Position numbers and translations under genes: made by a program | From: an uncultured Spirochaetota bacterium | GTDB lineage: Bacteria; Spirochaetota; Spirochaetia; SZUA-6; Fen-1364 | NCBI GenBank assembly: GCA_963745235.1 | Contig: CAVUXE010000053.1 | Span: 192,001-256,000, forward strand | Direction: 5' to 3' | DNA: 64,000 nucleotides | Shown: piece by piece, positions 54,475-63,383 of the stretch | How positions within the stretch are numbered: the first letter of the stretch is position 1 | Layout: the number at the start of each line of letters is the position of its first letter | The notes under the pieces: generated by a model | Databases searched by the model: none | Told to the model about the DNA's origin: nothing | Seen by the model: only the letters and a program-made list of their open reading frames with translations

Positions 54475-55911
54475 ATGAGGGTGAATACGAGAGTCCACAG
54501 CCTTTCCGTCGCGGCCTGCGCGTGCGTTCTCTGCGGGTGCGCCTCCGTGGGGCAATCCGGTACGGCGCAACCCGTCAACCAGGTGGTGGTGCGAGACGTC
54601 TCGGGGTTTCAGGACGCGATCGAGGTCGTTTCCCAGTCCGCCCTCCCGTGCGTCGTTCACATTGACGTGTCCGGCACGACTCTTCAGCAGGTCCACCGTC
54701 TCGGTCCTTTCGGCCTGTTCTCCGACTCCCCCCAGGGAATTTCCAAGGTCCCCACGCGTGCCCTGGGCAGCGGAATCCTCATTACTCCCGACGGGGTGAT
54801 CGTCACCAACAACCACGTGGTGGAGAACGCGGACTCCATCACCGTGCATTTCTACGACGGAACCGAGCGTCAAGCAATGCTGGTCGGCTCCGACCGTTTC
54901 ACCGATATCGCCGTCCTCAAGGTCGAGGGGACGGGCCAGGCCCGCGTGGCCAGGCTCGGAGACTCGGATTCCCTGCGGGTGGGAGAATGGGTGGTGGCAA
55001 TCGGATCACCCCGGGGCCTCGACTGGACCGTGACCGCGGGGATCGTGAGCGCCACGCACAGGCTGGGGGTCGGCACACAGGCGGCCGCCGGGCTGGAGGA
55101 CTTCATCCAGACAGATACCGCGATCAATCCCGGCAACAGCGGCGGCCCTCTTCTCAATCTGAGGGGGGAGGTCATCGGGATGAACGCCCTCATTGTCTCC
55201 GGAGGGCAGGGGTCCGAAGGCCTCGGATTCGCCATCCCGTCCAACCTCTTGAAGGATGTGGCTGACACCCTCATCCGGGAGGGAAAAGTAACCCGCGGCG
55301 ACCTGGGAATCGTCACGCAGGACCTGAGTGATTCGATCCGCAGGGGTCTGAAGCTGCCCCGCGGCACCCGCGGCGTCGTGGTGACCGAGGCCGTTCCCCT
55401 TGGTCCGGGCGCGGCAGCCGACCTGGCGGCAGGCGACATAATCACCTTTTTCGAGCAGACGCAGGTCACCTCAATGGCGCAGCTCAACCGTCTGGTTGCT
55501 TCGTCCCGGCCGGGGACCAGCCTGACCCTCCGTGTCATCAGGAACGGAGAGGCCCGCAGGGCAACGGTGACCGTGGCGGACCAGCTCGATCTTGCGCAGA
55601 AGCAGGCTGCGCGCCCTGGCTACGCGCTCCTTGGCATCCGCGTGGATGCGGTTTCTGCGGCTCTTGCCCAAAGCGTCGGGTTGAGCGAAACGGCCGGTGT
55701 CGTCGTTGTTGAAGTGGTCACCGGCAGCCCTGCGGAGAGCGTGGGGATCGCCAAAGGCGACATCATATTGCAGGTGGACGGCGAGGATGTGAACGACCAG
55801 GGCCAGTTCCGTACGCACGTCGGGGAGGCAATCCAGACGGGGAGCGTCATCGTCCTCCTCCGAGACGGCGAATCCGGCAAGACCGGATACATGGAAATTC
55901 CAATCCGTTAG
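54475..55911 (+). CDS. Do/DegP family serine protease, lipoprotein (2 PDZ)
   Basis: Lipobox LCGC, LGSG, VTNNHVV, TDIAVL, IQTDTAINPGNSGGPL. Confidence 0.9.
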   Translation: MRVNTRVHSLSVAACACVLCGCASVGQSGTAQPVNQVVVRDVSGFQDAIEVVSQSALPCVVHIDVSGTTLQQVHRLGPFGLFSDSPQGISKVPTRALGSGILITPDGVIVTNNHVVENADSITVHFYDGTERQAMLVGSDRFTDIAVLKVEGTGQARVARLGDSDSLRVGEWVVAIGSPRGLDWTVTAGIVSATHRLGVGTQAAAGLEDFIQTDTAINPGNSGGPLLNLRGEVIGMNALIVSGGQGSEGLGFAIPSNLLKDVADTLIREGKVTRGDLGIVTQDLSDSIRRGLKLPRGTRGVVVTEAVPLGPGAAADLAAGDIITFFEQTQVTSMAQLNRLVASSRPGTSLTLRVIRNGEARRATVTVADQLDLAQKQAARPGYALLGIRVDAVSAALAQSVGLSETAGVVVVEVVTGSPAESVGIAKGDIILQVDGEDVNDQGQFRTHVGEAIQTGSVIVLLRDGESGKTGYMEIPIR

Positions 55912-55912
55912 C

Positions 55913-56761
55913 TCAGGTGGCGAGAGTGGGGTACAGGCGGGACCCGAGAGCCACAACCAGAGTAGTCGCGACCAGCAGGACTCCGAAGTCCATTCCAAGG
56001 CCGTAGGAGGTGGTGCCGCCTGACAGCATCAGGAAGCGCAGCGCATCCACCTGGTACGTGAGCGGGTTTGCGTGGGAGATCACCTGCAGCCAGCGGGGCA
56101 TGATCGATATCGGGTAGATCGCGTTACTCGCGAAAAACAGGGGCATCGTGAGGATCTGGCCGATCCCCATGAAGCGTTCCCGGGTCTTCACGAGGCAGGC
56201 GATGACAAGAGAAAAAGTGGAGAAGAACCCCGCGCCGAGCATCACGGCCAGCAGCACGCCCAGGAGGGGGAGGGGACGCCAGTCCATGCCGACTCCAAGG
56301 AGCACAGCCAGGAGATACACGATGATCGCCTGGGCAAGACCGCGCAACCCCGCTGAAATTGCCTTGCCCACCACGAGGGCTGACCGGGGGGTCGGGCTCA
56401 CGAGGAACTTGTGGAGGATCCCCAGGTCGCGTTCCCAGATCACTGAGATGCCGTAAAAGATCGCGATGAACAGGACGCTCTGGGAGAGGATTCCCGGCGC
56501 CATGAAATCGATGTAGCGCATGCTTCCCGTCGGAATTGCGCGGATGCGGGTGAAGACCTGGCCGAACACCAGGAGCCACAACGCGGGCTGAACGGCGCGC
56601 GTGAGAAGCTCCGTCGGATCATGGAGAAGCTTTCGCGCCTCCATGCCCGCGATGGTGAGGGTCCTTCCGACGTAGCGAACGAGGAATGAGAGAGGGTCGG
56701 TCCCGCCGAGGGCTTGCTCAGCCGAGACGGCGAACTGACCTGCGTGTCCGCCTTGTTTCAC
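55913..56761 (-). CDS. ABC-2 type exporter permease (DrrB-like)
   Basis: QPALWLLVFG, YIDFMAPGI, WERDLG, PLFFASNAIYP, NPLTY; GTG start with GGAGG RBS. Confidence 0.9.
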   Translation of the reverse strand: MKQGGHAGQFAVSAEQALGGTDPLSFLVRYVGRTLTIAGMEARKLLHDPTELLTRAVQPALWLLVFGQVFTRIRAIPTGSMRYIDFMAPGILSQSVLFIAIFYGISVIWERDLGILHKFLVSPTPRSALVVGKAISAGLRGLAQAIIVYLLAVLLGVGMDWRPLPLLGVLLAVMLGAGFFSTFSLVIACLVKTRERFMGIGQILTMPLFFASNAIYPISIMPRWLQVISHANPLTYQVDALRFLMLSGGTTSYGLGMDFGVLLVATTLVVALGSRLYPTLAT

Positions 56762-57515
56762 GATATGTGCCTCCGGTTTCGAGATTGCTTCCCGTAAAAT
56801 GGATGAAGACATCGTCCAGGGTGGTCCCGCGCCCGCCAAGGGATGCTTTCAACTCTCCGGGTGTCCCCTCGGCCACCAGGTTTCCCGTGTGCATGATGGC
56901 GATCCTGTCGCACAACGAATCCGCCTCTTCCATCTGGTGGGTGGTGAGAATGATGGTTGCGCCGGTGCGGCTTCGCAGCTCTTCGATGTGGTCCCAGACC
57001 GCGCGGCGGGCGGCCGGGTCCAGTCCCACCGTCGGCTCATCCAGGAACAGGACGCGAGGCCTGTGCAGCATGGATTGAGCGATCTCCAGCCTCCTGATCA
57101 TGCCCCCGGAATACTGGCGCACCTGTTTGTCTGCCGCCTCCGCGAGCCCCATGAACCCGAGGGCCGCTTCCACTCGCTCCCGGCGCTCCCCGCGCGGCAG
57201 GTCGTACAGCCGCGCGAATACCAGCAGGTTCTCCCTGCCGGTGAGCGTGCCGTCCGCGGAGAGCATCTGCGGGACGTAGCCGATGATCCTCCGCACCGCG
57301 CCCGCCTTGTGAACGATGTCAAAGCCGTCCACCAGGGCGGTCCCGGCGGTGGGGGGCAGGAGCGTGGTCAGCATCTTGATGGTGGTGCTCTTGCCTGCGC
57401 CGTTGGGGCCCAGGAGGCCGAACATTTCTCCGCGCTGGATGGAAAGGCACAGTCCGTTCACGGCTACCAGGGCGGCAAACTTCCGCGTGAGGCCCCGCAG
57501 CTCAAGTATTGGCAT
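56718..57515 (-). CDS. ABC-2 exporter ATP-binding protein (DrrA-like)
   Basis: GPNGAGKST, YSGGMIRRLEIA, LFLDEPTVGLDP, LTTH. Confidence 0.93.
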   Translation of the reverse strand: MPILELRGLTRKFAALVAVNGLCLSIQRGEMFGLLGPNGAGKSTTIKMLTTLLPPTAGTALVDGFDIVHKAGAVRRIIGYVPQMLSADGTLTGRENLLVFARLYDLPRGERRERVEAALGFMGLAEAADKQVRQYSGGMIRRLEIAQSMLHRPRVLFLDEPTVGLDPAARRAVWDHIEELRSRTGATIILTTHQMEEADSLCDRIAIMHTGNLVAEGTPGELKASLGGRGTTLDDVFIHFTGSNLETGGTYRETRRTRRSVRRLG

Positions 57516-57957
57516 GAGCTCTCTCCCTCGCAAAGGCGTTCCTGAGAACCTCCATGGACTGCGTAACGCCCGCGAGATCCCCCTGGCTGACTGCCGCAAG
57601 GATACCGGCCAGGCTCTTCTGGGTCTCCCGTCGGGCCTCGGCAAGCGCGTGCTTCCCCCCGGGGGTGATCTGAAGCGTCAACCTGCGGCGATCCTCCCGT
57701 GCCAGGGCGCGGGTGATCAGCGCACGTTCCTCCAGGCCGTCGACGATCCTGCACGCCGAAGGGGGCGTCAGCCCCAGGTGCTCGGCAACGCTCCCCAGGG
57801 AGACCCCGTCTGCCCGCTCGATGAACACGAGCGTGCGGAACTGCGGAACGCTCAACCCGAGGGCGCGGTGACGCCGCATCTCCGCGCGGATGAACCGCAT
57901 GACGGAGGGAACGACATCCAGGAGCTCACGGGCGCACTCGTCTTCTTCACGTCCCAT
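57502..57957 (-). CDS. MarR-family regulator
   Basis: LSVPQFRTL, VAEHLGLTPPSACRIVDGL, EDRR...LQITPGG. Confidence 0.9.
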   Translation of the reverse strand: MGREEDECARELLDVVPSVMRFIRAEMRRHRALGLSVPQFRTLVFIERADGVSLGSVAEHLGLTPPSACRIVDGLEERALITRALAREDRRRLTLQITPGGKHALAEARRETQKSLAGILAAVSQGDLAGVTQSMEVLRNAFARERAHANT

Positions 57958-57975
57958 TTATTCGCCTTTCTAATT

Positions 57976-57990
57976 ATTAGATAAACTAAT
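57976..57990. promoter_or_regulatory. Probable MarR operator
   Basis: ATTAG-ataaa-CTAAT inverted repeat in an AT-rich patch just upstream of marR. Confidence 0.6.
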
Positions 57991-58042
57991 TAATCGGTCA
58001 TGTCAAGTCCCGTCGCCCCTTTTTTGCGTACATTGTTTCTGG

Positions 58043-59140
58043 ATGCCGCAGCCCGCGATTCGCAGCTACGTCGGCAGGTTTTTCGGCCTGTCACGGATGA
58101 GCCACTCGGTCCTGGACGTCCCCTACCTCGCCGTCGGGGCGGTCCTTGCCCTGGGAGGAGTGCCTCCTGTTCGCACCATTGCCCTCGGGCTCGTCTCTGC
58201 CTTCGCCGGCCTGACCGCGATATTCGCGCTCAACGACATCATTGACAGGCGCGTGGACGCCTTGAAGATGAGCAGCGCCCCGGGGAATGCCGCATCGTTC
58301 GACCTGGATTCCCTCGGCTTTCGTCATCCCGTTGCCCAGGGAAAGCTCTCCTTCGGGGCGGGGGTGGCGTGGACCGTTTTCTGGAGCGTCCTTGCGTTCG
58401 CAACGGCCTGGCTGGTCAGGCCGGCCTGCGCCTGGCTGCTGGTGGCCGCCGCGGCGCTGGAAGGCGCGTACTGCAGCCTGCTGCGCATAACACCCTGGAA
58501 GACGGTCCTGTCCGGCTTCAACGTTGCCGTCGGGGGCCTCGCCGGGCTGTACGCGGTCACGAGCTTCCCATCCCGGGGCCTCACCCTGCTCTACTTCCTG
58601 TGGGCGTTCGCGTGGGAAGTGGGCTGTCGGAACATCCCGAACGACTGGACGGACTTCAGCGAGGATGTTGCCCTGGGCATCAAGACCATCCCGGTCCGTT
58701 TCGGGCTCCGCCGCGCCTCCCGGATCTCCTTTGCCCTGATGGGGACAACGGTGCTGTGCGCCGGGCTGTTCCCGCTGCTCTCCCCGCTTGCCGCGTGGCC
58801 GGTCTACGAGGTCGGCGCCATCGCCGCATCGACGTATCTGCTCCTCCTCCCCTCGCTCCGCTGGCAGCGTGACCAGAGCCGCAAATCCGCCCTGGCCTTC
58901 TTCAACCGGGCCTGCTTCTTTCCCCTTGCGATATTCGCCGCACTCGGAGCGGCAGTCGCAATCCGAGCCGCCCCTGCGCCGGTCAGTGCCTCTCTGTTGA
59001 TTTCTTCCGGCGGACTCGCATACTCCAATCCATATGGCAGCCACACAGTTCGACTTGTCGGGAAGAGTGGCGTTGGTGACGGGGGCGAGCAGGGGCCTCG
59101 GCCAATACTTCGGCAGGGCGCTCGCGCGAGCCGGCGCTGA
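58043..59140 (+). CDS. UbiA-family prenyltransferase (true stop probably near 59000)
   Basis: FALNDIIDRRVD, RHPVAQG, NDWTDFSED..LGIKTIPV; multi-TM; the last ~50 codons overlap the next gene and its promoter. Confidence 0.82.
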   Translation: MPQPAIRSYVGRFFGLSRMSHSVLDVPYLAVGAVLALGGVPPVRTIALGLVSAFAGLTAIFALNDIIDRRVDALKMSSAPGNAASFDLDSLGFRHPVAQGKLSFGAGVAWTVFWSVLAFATAWLVRPACAWLLVAAAALEGAYCSLLRITPWKTVLSGFNVAVGGLAGLYAVTSFPSRGLTLLYFLWAFAWEVGCRNIPNDWTDFSEDVALGIKTIPVRFGLRRASRISFALMGTTVLCAGLFPLLSPLAAWPVYEVGAIAASTYLLLLPSLRWQRDQSRKSALAFFNRACFFPLAIFAALGAAVAIRAAPAPVSASLLISSGGLAYSNPYGSHTVRLVGKSGVGDGGEQGPRPILRQGARASRR

Positions 59141-59849
59141 CCTGATCATCACGAGCCGGCGCGCCTCGGCGCTCGAGGATTTTCGCCGGGAAATCGAGGC
59201 GCTGGGGCGGCGAGCGGTCCCCCTTGAGCTCGACGTCCGGGACTACGGCAGCATTCAGGGCATGGCCGCTTCGGCACGGCAGGCGTTCGGCAGGGTCGAC
59301 ATCCTTGTCAACAATGCAGGGTGCAACGTGCGCAAGCGGGCGGTGGACGTGACGTGGGAGGACTGGAACCTCATCCTGGATACGAACCTCCGCGGATCAT
59401 TTTTCGTTGCCCAGGCCATCGCCCGGATGATGATCGAAGCGGGATATGGCCGCATCATAAACATCGGCTCGGAGACTTCCGTGGCGGGCTATGCGGGGCT
59501 CGGACCCTACGGCGCGAGCCGCGGCGGCATCCGGCAGCTGACAATGAGCCTTGCGCACGACTGGGGGGAATACGGGATAACGGTGAACTGCCTGGCGCCC
59601 GGCTGGTTCAAGACGGCCCAGAACGCAGTGATGTACGAGGACACGGGGTGGGTGAAGTACCTGTTGGAACGGATCCCCCTGGGACGTCCCGGCGCACCGA
59701 ATGACCTTGACGGCGCGGTTGTCTTTCTTGCCGCGGAGGAAAGCCGCTACGTGACCGGACAGATCCTCCTGGTGGACGGCGGCATTTCAGTCGGAGCAGT
59801 CAGGGCGCTGCCCGGTACTCCGCAATCTCCCCGGCGGCCTGGTTCGTAG
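59034..59849 (+). CDS. SDR, gluconate 5-dehydrogenase / KduD-like
   Basis: TGASRGLG, NNAG, YGASR (Arg in place of Lys), VNCLAPGWF, VDGG. Confidence 0.87.
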   Translation: MAATQFDLSGRVALVTGASRGLGQYFGRALARAGADLIITSRRASALEDFRREIEALGRRAVPLELDVRDYGSIQGMAASARQAFGRVDILVNNAGCNVRKRAVDVTWEDWNLILDTNLRGSFFVAQAIARMMIEAGYGRIINIGSETSVAGYAGLGPYGASRGGIRQLTMSLAHDWGEYGITVNCLAPGWFKTAQNAVMYEDTGWVKYLLERIPLGRPGAPNDLDGAVVFLAAEESRYVTGQILLVDGGISVGAVRALPGTPQSPRRPGS

Positions 59850-60834
59850 CAAAAATCCGCTCGACGCCTGCGTGGCTCAGGATCAACATGTTTGCCGCAC
59901 CGGCCCCCGGGTCAACGACGGTCCTGAGCGGCTCCGCAAGCCTGCCGGCGCGCCCTGCGTCGCGCCGCGGGAACTGGAAGAGCAGGAGGTCCCGCGAGCC
60001 GGCGCGATTGCTGACGAGGATGCTCGCCACGCCTCCCAGCTTTCCCGTCGTCAGGCCGTGGCCGAACTCCAGCTCGCCTTCCCACGCCTTCTTCCAGCCG
60101 CCCGGTCCCATCCTGTACACGAAAAGAGAATTGCCGTGGAAGGGCTGGATGGTGATAAGCTCGTCCTCTCCATCCCCGTCGACATCCGCCACGGCGACCT
60201 CACTGATCTCTTCCTCCAGGATACGGATGAACCCCCAGGTGCTGCCCGACTGGCCAAGGTCTGCCGCGAACAGCCCCTCGGTTCCCGACACGAGCACGGA
60301 CGGCCGTCCCCTGAAGCTCGTGACAAGGAGCCCGTGGTTTCGATGGATTCCTTCCAGGACAGGGACAAGCTCCCAGTTTTCCCCCGGATGTCGCGGAACC
60401 ACGCACGCGTACAGCCTTCCCGGTGTGGACCAGTCCGCGGGGTCCGCCTTATCGGCGGCAAGCGATGCGGCAAGCAGGTACCGAGTCCCGCCGCGGGTGA
60501 CAAAGTCAATCCGGTGCGCAAAGGGCAGGTCGGCGATCTCTGACGGAGTCCACCGCGCGGCTTCCCGGCTGATCCGCCAGAGGGCGCCCGTCTGGAACCT
60601 GTACCCGGGGAAGCACCCCATGATCGCGTACAGCTCACCCCCCTCCGCCACCAGGGCCATGCAGCCCCCCGGGCCGGAGGCGATCCGGGTCGCCTCGACG
60701 TAGGGCGGAGCGGCAAGCATCACCGGACCGTGGTCCTCGGTGGAAAACGCCAGGCACGGCTGACCGTCCAGAATGAGGGTGCCCAGAGGGTAGGGCGCCT
60801 TCAGCGCGGCCAGGACGCGTTTTATGAGCTGCAT
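59800..60834 (-). CDS. Cytoplasmic beta-propeller-like protein with FG-GAP/VCBS-like motif
   Basis: DVDGDGEDEL, PFAHR, DWSTPG, NHG, PFHGN, FGHG; no signal peptide. Confidence 0.7.
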   Translation of the reverse strand: MQLIKRVLAALKAPYPLGTLILDGQPCLAFSTEDHGPVMLAAPPYVEATRIASGPGGCMALVAEGGELYAIMGCFPGYRFQTGALWRISREAARWTPSEIADLPFAHRIDFVTRGGTRYLLAASLAADKADPADWSTPGRLYACVVPRHPGENWELVPVLEGIHRNHGLLVTSFRGRPSVLVSGTEGLFAADLGQSGSTWGFIRILEEEISEVAVADVDGDGEDELITIQPFHGNSLFVYRMGPGGWKKAWEGELEFGHGLTTGKLGGVASILVSNRAGSRDLLLFQFPRRDAGRAGRLAEPLRTVVDPGAGAANMLILSHAGVERIFATNQAAGEIAEYRAAP

Positions 60835-60922
60835 GAGTGCGATGGTGCATGCTCGGGCGGGCCCCGGGAAGTGGCCGCTCCGTGTAGCAGGAAGTGTTTT
60901 CCCTCAGTATGATTGAAGAGAT

Positions 60923-61787
60923 ATGGCAGAAGAAGCAGGCTTCGTCGGGCTCGGGGTGATGGGGCACGCCATGGCGGGGAATCTTGCCAGGCAGTACCAC
61001 GTCACGGGCTATGACGTGAACGAGGCTCGATTTCAGGGGCTGTCGGGAGTGGCAAAGGCCGACTCTCTCTCCGGGCTCGCCCGGCGCTGCACGGTGGTTT
61101 GCCTCTCCCTGCCGGATGCGAAGATTGTCGAAGAGGTGGCAACCGTCCTGGCCCGTGATCTGAAGCCGGGCTCCCTCGTGATAGACCTCAGCACCAGCCT
61201 GCCCGCGGTGTCACGCCGGATCGCGGCGCAGCTGGCGGATGCGAGAATCGAGTTCGCCGACGCGCCGGTGAGCGGCGGGGAGGGGGGAGCAAAGGCCGCC
61301 ACCCTCGCGATCATGGTCGGGGCCGGCAAGGCGACCTTCGAAAGGTGCAAGCCCGTTCTTTCTGCAATCGGGAAGACCGTCACCCGGGTGGGGGACGTCG
61401 GGCGCCGGCGGCGTGACGAAGCTGGTCAACAACATGATCGTTGCCTCCACTTTTGCCGTGATTGCGGAGGGCTTCGCGCTGGCCGGGAAAAACGGCGTGG
61501 ATGCCGGCGCGCTGTATGAAGCCATCCGCGAGGGATGGGCCGGCTCGAAAGTCCTGGATGTCAGCGCATCCGCGATGATCGCGGGAGATTACACTCCCGG
61601 GGGGACCATCAACATGATGGAGAAAGACCTCGGCTATGCCCGGTCCCTTGCCGCGGACAGCCATGTCCCCATTCCCATGACCGCCGCGGCTCACGAGGTC
61701 TTCGTTGCGGGGCAGGCCGCCGGGAATGGGGCGCTCTCCCAGCCTGCCATCATCCACCTGTGGCGTGAACGTGGAGGAGACTCATGA
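60923..61787 (+). CDS. Beta-hydroxyacid dehydrogenase (GarR/MmsB family); apparent frameshift at 61400-61402
   Basis: GFVGLGVMG, DAPVSGG; removing one G gives GDVGAGGVTKLVNN; MEKDLG. Confidence 0.86.
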
Positions 61788-62236
61788 CAATTGCCCTTGG
61801 CGCGGACGATGCGGCCTACGAGCTGAAGGAGATCATCAAGGGTTACCTCGAAGAGAAGCACATCGAGGTGACGGACTACGGTGTCTTCGATACGCGGCCT
61901 TCCCTGTACCCCGACATCGCGTTTGCCGTGGCGGTGGCCATCTCGGAGGGAAAGCACGAACGCGGCATCCTCATGTGCGGGACGGGGCTGGGGATGGCCA
62001 TAACTGCCAACAAGGTGCCGGGCATCCGGGCAGCCACCTGTCATGACACCTACTCTGCGGAGCGCTCCCGCAAGAGCAACAACGCGCAGATCCTGACCAT
62101 GGGCGCACGGGTCATCGGCCCGGAGCTCGCGAAAACGGTGGTGGATGCGTGGCTCAAGTCCGAGTTCCAGGGCGGAGGCTCCACCGCGAAAGTGGAGCGC
62201 ATCTCGGAGTACGAAAAGCGGTTTCTCAGGAAATAA
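61784..62236 (+). CDS. rpiB: RpiB/LacAB-family sugar-phosphate isomerase (DerI-like variant)
   Basis: ILMCGTGLGMAITANKVPGIRA, SAERSRKSNNAQ, GARVIG. Confidence 0.88.
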   Translation: MTIALGADDAAYELKEIIKGYLEEKHIEVTDYGVFDTRPSLYPDIAFAVAVAISEGKHERGILMCGTGLGMAITANKVPGIRAATCHDTYSAERSRKSNNAQILTMGARVIGPELAKTVVDAWLKSEFQGGGSTAKVERISEYEKRFLRK

Positions 62237-62241
62237 CCCTC

Positions 62242-63351
62242 CTACAGCAGGCTCTCCACCTCTTCAGCAACGGCGAGGCAGGCGGTAAGTCCGGGGGACT
62301 CCATGCCGATCAGGCTGATCAGTCCCGGAAGCCCCCGGTCGCTTTCCTCGCGGATTGTGAAGTCCCGAAAAGGCTCTCCCTGACGGTACAATTTCGGGCG
62401 GATGCCGGACATGTCGGGGGCAAGATCTTCAAACGAGAGGAAGGGAAGAAACCGGCGGGCCTTCTCGAAGAACGCCTGCTGGTGGCCGGCATCCACGGTG
62501 TAGTCGATGGTGTCCACGTAGTTGGAATCAGGACCGATCTTCAGGCCGCCATCCAGTCCGACAACGACGTGAGCGCCCAGGTGTACCGGGGAGGGGGTCG
62601 GGTAGACGAGGTGACGAATGGCGCCGCGGTACCTGCTCGATATCCGAAAGTACTCACCCTTGCAGGGGTGGATGCGGTAACCGGCGCGGTCCACGTCAAT
62701 TCCGGCCATTGCGGCAATCCCGTCCGCGCTCAGACCGGCGGAGTTGATCACGCATGCCGCGCCAAGGACAACGAGCTCCCCATCCGACTGTCTGATTTCC
62801 ACGGAATACCGCGGGCCTTCCCGGCTGATGCCTGTCACCTCGCTGCCGTACGACACGGTTGCGCCGCGGGAAGCCGCCGAGCGCTCCAGGTACTCCATCA
62901 ATCGATGGCTGTCCACGATGCCGCTTTCCGGACTGTACAGCCCGAGGCACCCGCTCACGCGGGGCTCCCTGTCCGTGATCTCTCTGCTCGGGATCAGGCG
63001 AAGACCAGGGACTCCGTTTTTCTTTCCCTGGTCCAGTATCTGGTGAAGCTTCCCGGACTCCGACTCGTCCGTTGCCACGACTATCTTGCCGGTCTTGCGG
63101 TGCGGAATCCCCGCCCGTGAGCACAGGTCATAGAGAATCGGATTGCCCCGGACGCAGAGCGTCGTCTTCAGGAGGCTCTCGGCATAATACATGCCGCAGT
63201 GGATCACCTCGCTGTTCCGGGAGGACGTTTCACGGCCGAACCCATCGTGGCGTTCGCAGACCACGACGTCCTTCCCGGATCCGGCAAGCCGCTCCGCGAC
63301 GGCGAGGCCGATCACCCCGGCGCCGATGACCAGAATATCTACGGTTTCCAT
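62242..63351 (-). CDS. FAD-dependent oxidoreductase, L-2-hydroxyglutarate oxidase (LhgO)-like
   Basis: IGAGVIG, ETSSRNSEVIH, GIVDSH, KGEYF, SGIRPK, GMESPGLT. Confidence 0.88.
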   Translation of the reverse strand: METVDILVIGAGVIGLAVAERLAGSGKDVVVCERHDGFGRETSSRNSEVIHCGMYYAESLLKTTLCVRGNPILYDLCSRAGIPHRKTGKIVVATDESESGKLHQILDQGKKNGVPGLRLIPSREITDREPRVSGCLGLYSPESGIVDSHRLMEYLERSAASRGATVSYGSEVTGISREGPRYSVEIRQSDGELVVLGAACVINSAGLSADGIAAMAGIDVDRAGYRIHPCKGEYFRISSRYRGAIRHLVYPTPSPVHLGAHVVVGLDGGLKIGPDSNYVDTIDYTVDAGHQQAFFEKARRFLPFLSFEDLAPDMSGIRPKLYRQGEPFRDFTIREESDRGLPGLISLIGMESPGLTACLAVAEEVESLL

Positions 63352-63383
63352 GCTGTAGTATAGTGTACTCCAAGGAGGACGTC

